Assembly (NCBI GenBank): GCA_005400705.1
Contig: GCA_005400705.1_4079.1
Strand: one strand, 5' to 3'
DNA length: 64,000 nucleotides
Source: Escherichia coli
GTDB lineage: Bacteria > Pseudomonadota > Gammaproteobacteria > Enterobacterales > Enterobacteriaceae
Part shown: positions 8,601 through 17,852 of the stretch, in pieces
Position numbering within the stretch: the stretch's first letter is position 1
How the letters are laid out: every line of letters starts with the position of its first letter
Made by a program: the position numbers and the translations under genes
The notes under the pieces: generated by a model
What the model was told of the DNA's origin: nothing
The model's database searches: none
What the model saw: only the letters and a program-made list of their open reading frames with translations

Positions 8601-11148
8601 TTGCAATAGTTGCATCAGTACTTTGAAGTTTAGGTAGAACACTACTAATTGTGGATTCATTACTAACAATTGCACCAGTACTAGTTAAAGATTTGACAGT
8701 AACATCAGCCGTAGTAAGATCTACTGTACCATTAACAGTTAGGTTACCACCAATAGTTGCACCAGCAGTAGTAGTAATGGATTTAGCATTAACATCAGTT
8801 GTTGCTAGATCGATAGAGCCTGGAATAACTGCACCAGTAACAGTTAGGTCACCAGTTACATTTGTATTATTGGAAATAGTGACACCACTTGCATTTGAAA
8901 TGGTTGGGGTAACCAACGATGCAGTTGTAGTTTCACCAGTTACAGTTAAAGTTGACCCAACTAGAACAGATGAGCTTGAGTAAATTGTACCCAAATTAGC
9001 AGATCCGGTAACAGTTATATCATCAGCATTAACAGTAGTTGCCGTTATGGTAGTACTATTAAGTACTGGAAGTACGTTAGCATTAACAAGATCATTACTT
9101 TTAACAATACCAGAAGTAGTTAATGATTTAACATTAAGGTCGGCTGCTGATAAATCAAAAGAGCCTTGAACTACTAAATCACCACCAATAGTTGCACCAG
9201 CAGTAGTAGTGATTGATTTAGCATTAATATCGGTAGTGCTCAAGTCTAGAGAACCAACAGTTAAGCTACCAGTAATATCAACATTTTCTGTAAAGTTAGT
9301 ATTACCACTAATAGTTGGTGCAGTCAGAGTTGTTGCACTAATATTAGTACCGTTAATTGTTTGCCCACTTACAGTTCCACTCGCAGTGATAGTAGGGGCC
9401 GTTACTTCAGTAGATGCACTAATTGTTGGTGCAGATACAGAAGTTGTACCAGTAATAGAACCAGAACTTACTGAACCAGCGGATAATGCACCAGAAAGAG
9501 TTGCAGTTGTACCAGCAATATCACCAGTAACAGTTAGTTTAGCACCCACGGTAGTGTTACCAGTACTTTCAAGTGTTGCACCTTTAATATTTGCTGCCGC
9601 GACAACAGAATTAGGTGTTAGATCCTGCCCACTAACATCAACAGTTAGTCCAGTTACTGTTCCAGTAAATTCAACATCATTAAGAATTGCTTTACCACCA
9701 ACTTGTAGGAATGGTGTACCTGGAGCTTGTGTTTCGTTACCAGTAATAGTTAGGTAATCTAGTTTGTTTAGACCGTTACCAGTAATACCATAAGTGGAAA
9801 GAGAAGCGTTACCGAAAGTTGCTGTTTTAAGAACGTTCAATGTAGAAGGAGAAACGACTTCTGATTGAACTTCGTTAGGTAGAATAACTGTTGGGCGTTG
9901 ACCAGGTGCAGTATATCCAAAACCTAGTTTCACTGCCGCATCTTGACTATTTTGGCCTAAGCTGATAGATTTAAAGGATGCAGTACTGTTATAACCAGTA
10001 ATATTAGAACCAAGAGTAACACCACCAACTAATGAAGTTGCACCAGTAACGTTCAATGATACTGCATTAATATCGTCTAGTTGGAATGATCCACCAAGAA
10101 GACCAGAAACATTAATGTTATTAAAATTAGCAGTTCCAGTACTTTCAATATTTGGAATAGTTGCAGTTCCGGTTACTTCAAAGTCAGCAACTTTGGTTTT
10201 GCCTTTTTGAACTTCTAATAGTGGTGTGTCTGGAGATTGTGTGTTGTTACCAGAAACTGTTAGATAATCCAATTTGTTTAGACCATTACCAGTAATACCA
10301 TAAGAAGATAATGACGCATTACCAAAAGAAGCAGAGGTCAATACTGTCAAGTTTGCAGGTGACATTAGCTCGGACTGAATTTCGTTTTGTAGAATAACAG
10401 TTGGGCGTTTACCAGGAGCAGTGTAAGGGAAGCTTAATCTGAAGGTTTGTGATTCAGAGTTAGAACCAATACGAATGTCTTTAAAAGTAGCAGTACTGTT
10501 AATACCAGTTACGTTAGCACCGAAAGTCACTGCACCTTGTTGGTTAGATGCACCAGAAACGTTCAATGTTACTGCATTTAAGTCAGAAAGATTAAACTGA
10601 CCACCTAATGTACCACTAATGGTTACATCTTTAAAAGTAGCAGTTCCAGTACTACTAATATCGGTTGTACTTACATTAGTAATTTCTGCGGAATTAGCAG
10701 TAATTTTATCAAATGCAGAAGTAGTACCAACATCAGCAGTAATATTACCTTTAAATGCTGTTGTTTCAGCAACTTCTAAGTTTTTAACTTTAGTTGCTTG
10801 TAGAGTGGTTGTACCAGCAGTTTGTGTGAAATCAGAACCAACTGATACAGTACCGTTAAAGGTAGCGTTTGAATTAATTGTTGCTGTATCAGACCCGACA
10901 ACTGCACTACCGATTGTAGTATTACCCTCAACACCAAGACCACCAGAAAGTGTTGCTTTGCCACCAACATCTAAAGTAGATGTAATGTTGGCAGTTGATG
11001 ATTCAATGGCAGTAAAAGTTGCATTTGCAAAAGTTACAGTACCATTTACAGTTAGGTTATTATTGAAAACAGCATTTCCTTTGACTAAAAGATCCTTACC
11101 AACCGTACCAGCACCAGTAATATCTAAGTCAGTTTTTATTGAGTACAT
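5623..11148 (-). CDS. giant fibrous tail protein (long tail fibre / adhesin-like, 1841 aa)
   Basis: Very long ORF rich in Thr/Ser/Gly/Val/Asn with internal tandem protein repeats; GGAGGG RBS upstream of ATG 11148. Confidence 0.7.
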   Translation of the reverse strand: MYSIKTDLDITGAGTVGKDLLVKGNAVFNNNLTVNGTVTFANATFTAIESSTANITSTLDVGGKATLSGGLGVEGNTTIGSAVVGSDTATINSNATFNGTVSVGSDFTQTAGTTTLQATKVKNLEVAETTAFKGNITADVGTTSAFDKITANSAEITNVSTTDISSTGTATFKDVTISGTLGGQFNLSDLNAVTLNVSGASNQQGAVTFGANVTGINSTATFKDIRIGSNSESQTFRLSFPYTAPGKRPTVILQNEIQSELMSPANLTVLTSASFGNASLSSYGITGNGLNKLDYLTVSGNNTQSPDTPLLEVQKGKTKVADFEVTGTATIPNIESTGTANFNNINVSGLLGGSFQLDDINAVSLNVTGATSLVGGVTLGSNITGYNSTASFKSISLGQNSQDAAVKLGFGYTAPGQRPTVILPNEVQSEVVSPSTLNVLKTATFGNASLSTYGITGNGLNKLDYLTITGNETQAPGTPFLQVGGKAILNDVEFTGTVTGLTVDVSGQDLTPNSVVAAANIKGATLESTGNTTVGAKLTVTGDIAGTTATLSGALSAGSVSSGSITGTTSVSAPTISASTEVTAPTITASGTVSGQTINGTNISATTLTAPTISGNTNFTENVDITGSLTVGSLDLSTTDINAKSITTTAGATIGGDLVVQGSFDLSAADLNVKSLTTSGIVKSNDLVNANVLPVLNSTTITATTVNADDITVTGSANLGTIYSSSSVLVGSTLTVTGETTTASLVTPTISNASGVTISNNTNVTGDLTVTGAVIPGSIDLATTDVNAKSITTTAGATIGGNLTVNGTVDLTTADVTVKSLTSTGAIVSNESTISSVLPKLQSTDATIATLGSTTANITNLNVTGASTVADVTSSGKVKAVSVETPTISNVDGVSISNNTSITGDLTVSGTVTPGAIDLSTTDVSAKSITTTAGANIGGDLVVSGTVDLSGADVSVKSLTSTGIITVSSAEGINVLPKVQSTEVTVSALNATNAVVSGDVSAATASISGAITGGSATLSGVGTALNVTNNATVGGVLTVGSITSAAENVSITKNTAITGNLAVSGTLTAGVIDLSTTDVSVKTLTSLGDATVQGNLTVDGTINLSSANIVGVTLESTGSTTVGTDLILTTGNITGSPSISGNLGVTGTTTLTGATTVSNTLNTAGKLTVNAGGIQVVAGGIQVDSGTITAPSANISGSSTLNSATVTTTLGVTGAASMNGGLTASTLDVTGDSTVQKLTVKGVFVPEGGLDLSGADLSVNSVTAATTLSVTGASTLTGGVSTSTVTASGKVTAQELSTGTLDVTTNGTVGGTLGVTGKATVGSLDSGAISATSGTFSTTLDVTGAATFGNNVNITGTLTPGALDLASTDVVANSLSVATTLHSDGNATIGGTLGVTGAVSAPSIALNGEGAALAVTNNATIGGTLGVTGATTLGSLTTSGAVKTGSDVIIGTKIGDQPETVQIFPNTYIAGSLRVDGGINADIDVSGQTIEPYAVVAADTISAAGNITSGAELISKSATIGDVGSQNNNLTINGNVVNNGNFTVTGLLNATLNQANSDVAVKSLTATNSVAAGTSITAGTSITATGLLKGNTLEVTTTGSFGGAVTMSSGANITGTVGITSGNLTVGGDISATGTATLAATSVTTITTSGAATLASASVTGAATIGGTLTVTGLMTANGSVVLGDAAADTLTVNATSSFKENAVFDKDVTVTGQLTTTNADLTTTTVTTKKYDVIPNQVTSSVIAPTGTWTPDGTSNVYFITLDQDTTLAPITGLIGGGKASSVYIYVKQDATGNRNFTTDGTYAVVDGTLNKTANSVTIYQVIYDGVSPVTDMFIAQRTA
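7900..9300. repeat. intragenic tandem repeats (about 4 copies, ~420 bp / ~140 aa each)
   Basis: Near-identical DNA blocks around 8340-8410, 8760-8825 and 9190-9260 (GCACCAGC(G/A)GTAGTAGT(A/G)AT(G/T)GATTT...), with a more diverged copy near 7930; encode the repeated unit IDLSTTDVSAKSITTTAGA-IGGDLVV..VDLS.ADV.VKSLTSTG; boundaries approximate. Confidence 0.65.
9636..10656. repeat. intragenic tandem duplication (2 copies, ~510 bp / ~170 aa each)
   Basis: DNA near 10250-10310 repeats near 9730-9790; protein segments from about residue 165 to 335 and 335 to 505 are near-identical; boundaries approximate. Confidence 0.6.
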
Positions 11149-11244
11149 TTATACCCTCCATTATAACCTTGTTAATATGTATATATTTAGTTTTATTATG
11201 CTGTTATCCAACAATTAATACATTATTTGACAAAAGCAAATATA

Positions 11245-11285
11245 ATAAAAAACCAGACTTATTTAGAACAAGTCTGGTTCTTTTT
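11245..11285 (-). terminator. intrinsic terminator after the 298-aa fibre gene
   Basis: 9-bp stem ACCAGACTT / AAGTCTGGT flanked by an A-tract and a T-tract, immediately 3' of the stop at 11288. Confidence 0.65.
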
Positions 11286-11287
11286 TA

Positions 11288-12184
11288 TTACTTACCAGAG
11301 ATGACAATCTTACCACTGAAAGAAATATCAGAAGTGAAGATTACATCACCAGTACTACTAATTTGTGTATCAGTCACTACCAATTCAAATGGAGATGACG
11401 CAACACTCCCAGGTGTTTTATTTGCATAAATTGAAATATACAAATTATCTGGTGTTTGATTGTGTTCAGATGCAGGAATAGTGATTGTAAAATCACCAGC
11501 ACTAGAAACCCAATCTGCTTGGTTTACCAATTTACTATAAGGTACTGTCATTGTTGTTGCTCCTATAATGTTTACTTTAACACTTGCATAATCTGTGATT
11601 TGACCAATCACATCAATTGTTATATCCCCAATACCACTAACTGTTACTGTGGTTTGGAATACTGATTCCAATGCAACATTACCTGGGTCACCTTGTAGTT
11701 GGATCATAATATCAGAACCTCTACCATGAACTGATTCTGGTAGTGTGTAAGTATAATGATCAGTAGTATCTGGTACTAATGTAAATGCAGAAACAGGAAC
11801 TATTTCAGTAGTTACATATGAGCTATCAGTTCCAGGTGAGCTACCTTTAAATGGTTTCCAAATACCAAGATCTTTAATATAAATTTGAAGAACATTAGTA
11901 CTATCAACCAAAAAGTAAACGTCACCATCTAGACCAATAGAATCGGATGGTGCTGTTGTTCCACGTAAGATACCAGAACTACCACCACCACTGTGTGCGT
12001 TTAAATATCCCAATGTAACCAAGTGTGTGTTTGCAGTTGGTTCACCTGCTGAAATTGGAAGAAGTTGTGTTCCTGAGTAGTTTTGAATTTGCACAACACT
12101 ACCATTTGTGGTAATCTGTGCACCATTCTTCCCAAGAATGAAGGACTTCTTCATGGTTCCTTCTAAATTAGAAAAAACTGCCAT
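11288..12184 (-). CDS. tail fibre / receptor-binding protein with shared N-terminal anchor
   Basis: 298 aa; N-terminus MAVFSNLEGTMKKSFILGKNG is near-identical to the N-terminus of the adjacent 713-aa tailspike. Confidence 0.6.
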   Translation of the reverse strand: MAVFSNLEGTMKKSFILGKNGAQITTNGSVVQIQNYSGTQLLPISAGEPTANTHLVTLGYLNAHSGGGSSGILRGTTAPSDSIGLDGDVYFLVDSTNVLQIYIKDLGIWKPFKGSSPGTDSSYVTTEIVPVSAFTLVPDTTDHYTYTLPESVHGRGSDIMIQLQGDPGNVALESVFQTTVTVSGIGDITIDVIGQITDYASVKVNIIGATTMTVPYSKLVNQADWVSSAGDFTITIPASEHNQTPDNLYISIYANKTPGSVASSPFELVVTDTQISSTGDVIFTSDISFSGKIVISGK

Positions 12185-12200
12185 TTTAATATAATCTCCT

Positions 12201-14342
12201 TTATGGTAGGGTTATGTAAGTTACGGGTTGGGCGGCTTTTAATGCTGCACCAGCGGCAGTTGCTGTTATGATAGGATCTGCAATATCAATTCTATATACG
12301 TTGTTTACAACATACACTGCACGAGTTATATACGTTCTCAAATCACCACCATTTTCACCAGCACCAGATATAATAATCTCAGTACCAGCAGCTTTTGCAT
12401 ATTGGTTTTCACCCCATGACACACCCAATGCTTCTATATATGTTTGTCCTACTACGGTTTGTCTAATAGTGTCGTATTTTCCGAAAAAAGAACCACCAAC
12501 GGTCACAATATATTTTCCACCAGATTGCTTATGTATAATAGTACCTTCTGGGAAATAACGACCACCCGGAAAAGTGTCGTAGGGAATATAATATTGTTCA
12601 ACTACTGGTATCAGTACTGGGCCACGGTGACCTGTACCATCGATTGCAGTTGTAACTTTAAAGTTATTAGATGATTGGTCTATTCTGTCTACATACATTT
12701 TAGAAAAACTATATTTTGAAACATTACAATCATCTTGAACAACACAGTTAGTCCAATTAGTATAAGTATATTTAGAGCGAGTATAGATACCACCACCTTC
12801 GCCTTCTGTAGAGAGATGTTGACCAATTACGTCTAATTCTTTAGTTCTAATATCACTAAATTTAGATGATGATGGTAAACCACGCCAAAGAATTTTAGAA
12901 CAGGTGATATTGCTCAATTCTGTATTATTTAACCAATTGTCAGAACCGGAAGTATAAACAAGTATAGAAGACTCTGGAATATAGAGATTAGAAATTTTAA
13001 AGTTTCTAGGTGGTCCAGCAAAACGACCAGAAGTTACACCCCAGTTTATTGAAACCATTCTATTTGTGATAGAAGGATCATTAAGCAAATGACCAGTCAA
13101 CCCATCAATAATGAATTCTTTAGAACCATAAGTTATAACACCAGCAGTGGTTAATCCAGTACCGACAGAAACTAAAGATGATGGATAAACTTCATTATTA
13201 AGTATTTTAAAGTCCATGCCTAATTCAACGTGGATACATTGTCTAACATTATATAGTCTGTTATTTTTAATAACAAAGTTTCTGACATATTGTGTATCTG
13301 GTGCATCTAAACCATAAGGACCAGAACCAGCAACACCAATACCAATACCCCAGTTTGAAAGTGGGATTGGAGCGTTAGAACCATCAACGTTTTCAATTAC
13401 GTTTCCTTCAATCACAAAACCATCAGGATAATGTGAGTTAATTACGTTTAGTTCAATTGCATCACCATAGATATCATGTATGTGGTTATATGAATATCTA
13501 CCAACCTTCATTTTCTCACCAGTACCTTGTTGAAGAACACCATACTTACATTGGGTCATTTCATTAAAGCAAAAATCTATTGTTCCTGGTTGTGTCATAC
13601 CTTGCATTAAAAATGCAGCAGTACTTGTGATGTTTATAAATTTATTAAAATAAAACTTACCATCTCCACCGAAGAATTTTAAATAACATCCAGTAAGTGT
13701 TGCAAATTGTATTTGGGAATTAATAACGGATACCATAGTACCACCGTTACCAGTAATAGTTCCCCCAAACCAAGTTACATCTTCCAGGTATATTGCAGTT
13801 TTGATACGGTAATTACCACCAGCCTGAATTTGGATTTTATTTTCTTTAGCATAAGCAGCACATAAATTTACAGCAGCAGTGTCATCAGTTTCGCCATCAC
13901 CTTTAGCACCAAATTCTTCTGGTGTTATATAAAACTGGGCCTGTTGAACTGTACCTCCAGTAATAAGTCCGATGAAATCGCCACCATTTTTACTGGATAG
14001 AACTTTTTTATTAATGTATAATGATTTTACCCATGTACCATTGCTTTTTGCAAAAATATCAACAATACCATCTTCATCAATTTGAAAATACGTATTATTG
14101 TTCTTTCCTATATCATCGGTAGGTGGTACAACACCAAATAATGCATTAGGGTTATCTTCAAGATATTTTACGTTAACTGCTGAATTAGGATCAGATGAAG
14201 TTCCTACCTTCAGTGGTAGGAACTGTTCTCCTAGATAATCTTTTATAGAAACTGAATCATTGATAAAATTTATTGAAGCACCTTTTTTCCCCAATATGAA
14301 TTTGGGCTGCATAGTTCCTTCAAAATTAGAAAATACTGCCAT
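12201..14342 (-). CDS. tailspike with right-handed beta-helix (pectate-lyase-like putative depolymerase)
   Basis: 713 aa; shared N-terminal anchor MAVFSNFEGTMQPKFILGKKG; GDGETDDTAAVNLCAAYAKENKIQIQAGGNYRI resembles the Pectate_lyase_3 N-cap; followed by parallel beta-helix-like repeats. Confidence 0.65.
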   Translation of the reverse strand: MAVFSNFEGTMQPKFILGKKGASINFINDSVSIKDYLGEQFLPLKVGTSSDPNSAVNVKYLEDNPNALFGVVPPTDDIGKNNNTYFQIDEDGIVDIFAKSNGTWVKSLYINKKVLSSKNGGDFIGLITGGTVQQAQFYITPEEFGAKGDGETDDTAAVNLCAAYAKENKIQIQAGGNYRIKTAIYLEDVTWFGGTITGNGGTMVSVINSQIQFATLTGCYLKFFGGDGKFYFNKFINITSTAAFLMQGMTQPGTIDFCFNEMTQCKYGVLQQGTGEKMKVGRYSYNHIHDIYGDAIELNVINSHYPDGFVIEGNVIENVDGSNAPIPLSNWGIGIGVAGSGPYGLDAPDTQYVRNFVIKNNRLYNVRQCIHVELGMDFKILNNEVYPSSLVSVGTGLTTAGVITYGSKEFIIDGLTGHLLNDPSITNRMVSINWGVTSGRFAGPPRNFKISNLYIPESSILVYTSGSDNWLNNTELSNITCSKILWRGLPSSSKFSDIRTKELDVIGQHLSTEGEGGGIYTRSKYTYTNWTNCVVQDDCNVSKYSFSKMYVDRIDQSSNNFKVTTAIDGTGHRGPVLIPVVEQYYIPYDTFPGGRYFPEGTIIHKQSGGKYIVTVGGSFFGKYDTIRQTVVGQTYIEALGVSWGENQYAKAAGTEIIISGAGENGGDLRTYITRAVYVVNNVYRIDIADPIITATAAGAALKAAQPVTYITLP

Positions 14343-14356
14343 TATGACATCCTCCC

Positions 14357-15520
14357 TTAAATATTATCTTGAATCGGTTGGATAGGAGCTTGCCATGAAA
14401 GAGTACAAATAATTTCCATTTTTCCATAAGGACTGTTGTTAACAGAATCGTTGAATACACATGAAATAATTTCATCAACATCGGATGCTGCATGATTAGT
14501 TTCATTAACAATAAAACGCATCTGACGATTGATATCAAAGTATGAAGTTGGTGCAATTACAGTTCCACCAATATCTTCTTGTGCTTCACCACCAAAACGT
14601 ACAAACATATCAGTTACAGGAAGAGAATAAGGTTGTATAACGTTTACATCAATATTAGAAACTACATATCCAGCAGGACACGTACCAATAACTAATAGTG
14701 CGTTAGTCCATGAGCTATCTATTGTATTTCTAATAGAAATTGTATCTTTACCTGGTGCACCTGGTTCGCCTTGTATACCTTGAATACCTTGCTGACCTTC
14801 TTTACCACGGAATAGAATACCATCACTCCACTCTTTTGAAGGAGGGGTTGTTGTAGTTACTTCATCAACATAATATAGTTTTCCATCAGTGTTGTTATAA
14901 AAACAATAATCAACTGGAAGATTTTCAATACTTGGAAATTGATCACCACTGCTATCAATATGGAAACGACCACGCGGACCTTGTTCACCACGGAAAGGGA
15001 TACCATCACTCCAAGTGGCAGTTACACTTTGATAGAAATAAAGCTTACCATCTTGTGTATTATAAAATGTATAGTTATTAAAAAGACCAGTTGTTGGGAA
15101 AGAAGTCCCAGCACTATCAATGTGGAACGGCTTACCCGCTTCACCAGTATCACCTTTACCAAACTCAACACTAATCCATGTACTTGTCGGATCTTGTGCA
15201 TCGTTTGATTTAAAGTATAGAGTACTGGTATTGTTAGCCAAGCTTAAGTAGCACCACCCAAGTGGTTCACCAACTTTAAATTGTTCGGAAGGAATTTCAA
15301 AACCAATCTCATTAGGATAAAAGTTTTTACCATTCTCGCCATTCTGTCCTACAACAAGACCTAAATCTTGAATTGTGTTATCTGCATAGGTTACAATTAA
15401 ATGCCCAGCACCATTAATAACTAGACTTTTGATGCCGGAGTTATTACATGAACCACTGGACCCATTGTTAAATGAAATTGTCATAATATTTCCCTTGTAT
15501 GAGTTAATGTCATATACCAA
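14357..15520 (-). CDS. tail fibre protein with collagen-like Gly-X-Y tract and internal repeats
   Basis: 387 aa; GKEGQQGIQGIQGEPGAPGKD is an uninterrupted Gly-X-Y run; repeated units GE.G.PFHIDS.G..FP ... DGKLY. Confidence 0.6.
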   Translation of the reverse strand: MVYDINSYKGNIMTISFNNGSSGSCNNSGIKSLVINGAGHLIVTYADNTIQDLGLVVGQNGENGKNFYPNEIGFEIPSEQFKVGEPLGWCYLSLANNTSTLYFKSNDAQDPTSTWISVEFGKGDTGEAGKPFHIDSAGTSFPTTGLFNNYTFYNTQDGKLYFYQSVTATWSDGIPFRGEQGPRGRFHIDSSGDQFPSIENLPVDYCFYNNTDGKLYYVDEVTTTTPPSKEWSDGILFRGKEGQQGIQGIQGEPGAPGKDTISIRNTIDSSWTNALLVIGTCPAGYVVSNIDVNVIQPYSLPVTDMFVRFGGEAQEDIGGTVIAPTSYFDINRQMRFIVNETNHAASDVDEIISCVFNDSVNNSPYGKMEIICTLSWQAPIQPIQDNI

Positions 15521-15594
15521 TATTTATCAGTACAAAATACATTTCGTTATCATTAATAAATAAATGAAAGTTCACTACTAAAAGGGCTTAAACA

Positions 15595-16092
15595 ATGGCA
15601 TTAAGATCAAAAGACTTTCTCTTCAGAAGAAAAACAAAAGATGGTTCATGGCAAGATTTTCCTGAATCTGATAGCTGGTATCCAGCTAACTTGGATTATC
15701 ACTGGAATGAACAAACGTTACCACTAGCAAGTGGTGGCTACTATGGCTGTACTACAGGTTTACATACGATTTCATTTACACTACGTAATTTTATTGGTAG
15801 AATTTATGTGTTAGCTACATTAGCTAGTAATCCTACTGATGATGATTGGTTTCCAATTAAATTCACTGAAAGTTGTAATTATTATCTTGAATTTACTGAT
15901 ATGGTTATTTTAAATCCAAATGGTGGAGATTTAATTAGACAACAAGGAACTACCGGAACATTTGCTGAAACAGTAACTGGTAATTTTACTTACCTTAAAG
16001 TTGGTATAGACCGTGATTATATTAGTAAGTATCCATCAGATGTCCAAAAAAGTTTAGCTGGGAAGTTAGAACAAATTTTAATTAACTACTAA
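15595..16092 (+). CDS. hypothetical protein (probable virion component)
   Basis: 165-aa ORF diverging from the fibre cluster; no family recognised. Confidence 0.5.
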   Translation: MALRSKDFLFRRKTKDGSWQDFPESDSWYPANLDYHWNEQTLPLASGGYYGCTTGLHTISFTLRNFIGRIYVLATLASNPTDDDWFPIKFTESCNYYLEFTDMVILNPNGGDLIRQQGTTGTFAETVTGNFTYLKVGIDRDYISKYPSDVQKSLAGKLEQILINY

Positions 16093-16101
16093 GGATTAGA
16101 A

Positions 16102-16710
16102 ATGAAATTAGAAACAGAACAACCAAAACTATTTGTTAAAGGTCATGTCCTAATTACTGACGTTACTGATCCATCAAATCAAAAAATCGTTTTAGATAAA
16201 TCTAACGCTATTCACCCTGAAAATATGAGTACTGCCATTGCTAATGCGTTAGCATATAATCAAGACAGTACTGGTATTCCTATTGGTTCTATTAGCGAGA
16301 TGCGTTTTGGTAATGGTGGTACAGTAGTTTTAAGTACTGGGCGTGTTACTTATAAAAAACCACGTGTTACATCATTTGGTGGTTTGTATTCACAAACATA
16401 TTTGAAAAAAATCAACCCACGAATTACGGCAGGTATTGATTCACAATACAATAATATTACAACTGTACATATACCAGGTCAGTCCTATACTGATATTGTA
16501 TGTATTTGTACTCTAGGGTTAGGTGAACCATCCGACCAAGGTGTAAGCTCAGGGACAAGCATGGATGGAACTTATGTATTTGATGAATTGGGATTGTACA
16601 CGGATGGCGATAGTGGTATTCCTTTAACCCATATCATTTTTCACCCAGTTGAGAAAAGTGCAAACCGTGTCTTACAAATTAAATACACAGTTCGTGTACA
16701 ATTACAATAA
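16102..16710 (+). CDS. hypothetical protein (probable virion component)
   Basis: 202-aa ORF, close-packed in the same operon. Confidence 0.5.
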   Translation: MKLETEQPKLFVKGHVLITDVTDPSNQKIVLDKSNAIHPENMSTAIANALAYNQDSTGIPIGSISEMRFGNGGTVVLSTGRVTYKKPRVTSFGGLYSQTYLKKINPRITAGIDSQYNNITTVHIPGQSYTDIVCICTLGLGEPSDQGVSSGTSMDGTYVFDELGLYTDGDSGIPLTHIIFHPVEKSANRVLQIKYTVRVQLQ

Positions 16711-16722
16711 TGGGGACATATA

Positions 16723-17823
16723 ATGAGTGTTAATTATACAATTTATAGAAGTAATGGTAGTGTTTATGCTACCATTCCAAATAATGTTATTTTAGGACCA
16801 AACCAGCCAGGAAGTAACCCAGTTCCGTTAAATTTAGTTGGTAGAAACAAAGTAAGTTATGGTCAAGCATGGAACGAAAACTTTTTACATTTAGTTGAAA
16901 ATTTCAGTTCAGCATCTGCACCACGTGGCAACGTCAATGGTCAACTTTGGTATAGAAACACTGGTAGTACTGGTGAGTTATTGATATCATTAGTTGATAA
17001 TGCTAGACAACCTGCTGATATGGTAAGTGAAGCTGAATGGGCGGCTATCCCTATGATTACTGTTTTTAACACAGTACCTGATGGTGAAAATAGTGTTATG
17101 GGTCGTATGGTATTAACTAGTAACGGTGATTCTCTTCGTGTGTTAATGAAAAACAAAGAATGGCGTGAAATTCAAACATCTAGACCAGAAAACAAAGAGT
17201 ATTCATCATTATTAGATATTAACTATGATAATGGTAAAAAATATATAGAGTTCACACAAAGTAACAGTACTAAACCAATTGCGTATTTTAACTTAGGCGG
17301 TACTTCACAAGTAGATACAAATAACTGGACAACATTAACTAATGGTACTGGTGTATTTGAATTTGGTAGCAACTATTTCTATGAATTAAAAATTATGATT
17401 AGAGAAGTAAATGATTCTTCTGGTGAGATAGTTTCTCTTCCATATAATTCAAAAACCTTTTTTATAAAAGGGCAATTCTATGTAGATAATCAAGGAACTT
17501 TTGTTCCTGGTTCGGTTGGGGCAAGTCAAATGCCAGACCCACGTAGGATTACACAATTAGAATCCATAAAAGATGTTATTACCAGTAGTCGCCCAAACTG
17601 GGACGTAAATATTGTTATTAATGGTGTAGATCCATCTATCCCAAATCCTAATGGAACATCTAAAGCTGATTATGAAAATTGGGTTATCAATTCTCTAAAC
17701 TCAAATAAAAATTTAGGTTTTCGAGTTGATGGTAGCATTAGTAATCTAACTGCTGGTGAATCCGTTAAACTACAAGCATCCGTGTTGTTAAATATTACAG
17801 GTATTCCTATTATTGGAGTATAA
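16723..17823 (+). CDS. hypothetical structural protein (fibre/baseplate-associated?)
   Basis: 366-aa ORF with fibre-like Asn/Ser/Gly-rich composition; ends at a strong terminator. Confidence 0.5.
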   Translation: MSVNYTIYRSNGSVYATIPNNVILGPNQPGSNPVPLNLVGRNKVSYGQAWNENFLHLVENFSSASAPRGNVNGQLWYRNTGSTGELLISLVDNARQPADMVSEAEWAAIPMITVFNTVPDGENSVMGRMVLTSNGDSLRVLMKNKEWREIQTSRPENKEYSSLLDINYDNGKKYIEFTQSNSTKPIAYFNLGGTSQVDTNNWTTLTNGTGVFEFGSNYFYELKIMIREVNDSSGEIVSLPYNSKTFFIKGQFYVDNQGTFVPGSVGASQMPDPRRITQLESIKDVITSSRPNWDVNIVINGVDPSIPNPNGTSKADYENWVINSLNSNKNLGFRVDGSISNLTAGESVKLQASVLLNITGIPIIGV

Positions 17824-17852
17824 AAAAAGGAGCCACATGGCTCCTTTTTGTT
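17824..17852. terminator. bidirectional intrinsic terminator
   Basis: AGGAGCCA / TGGCTCCT inverted repeat flanked by A-tract and TTTTTGTTTT between convergent genes. Confidence 0.75.

Noticed and set aside
6050-9757. Series of long plus-strand ORFs (207, 242, 96, 132, 110 and 182 aa) rich in Ala/Pro/Val/Thr
   Set aside because: They lie antisense within the 1841-aa fibre gene and arise from its repetitive composition; no RBS or promoter context; the minus-strand frame is continuous and far longer.
10619-11218. 199-aa plus-strand ORF spanning the fibre gene start region
   Set aside because: Antisense to the 5' end of the 1841-aa gene and runs through its RBS and promoter region.
12268-12674. 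96-aa and 76-aa plus-strand ORFs
   Set aside because: Antisense within the 713-aa tailspike gene.
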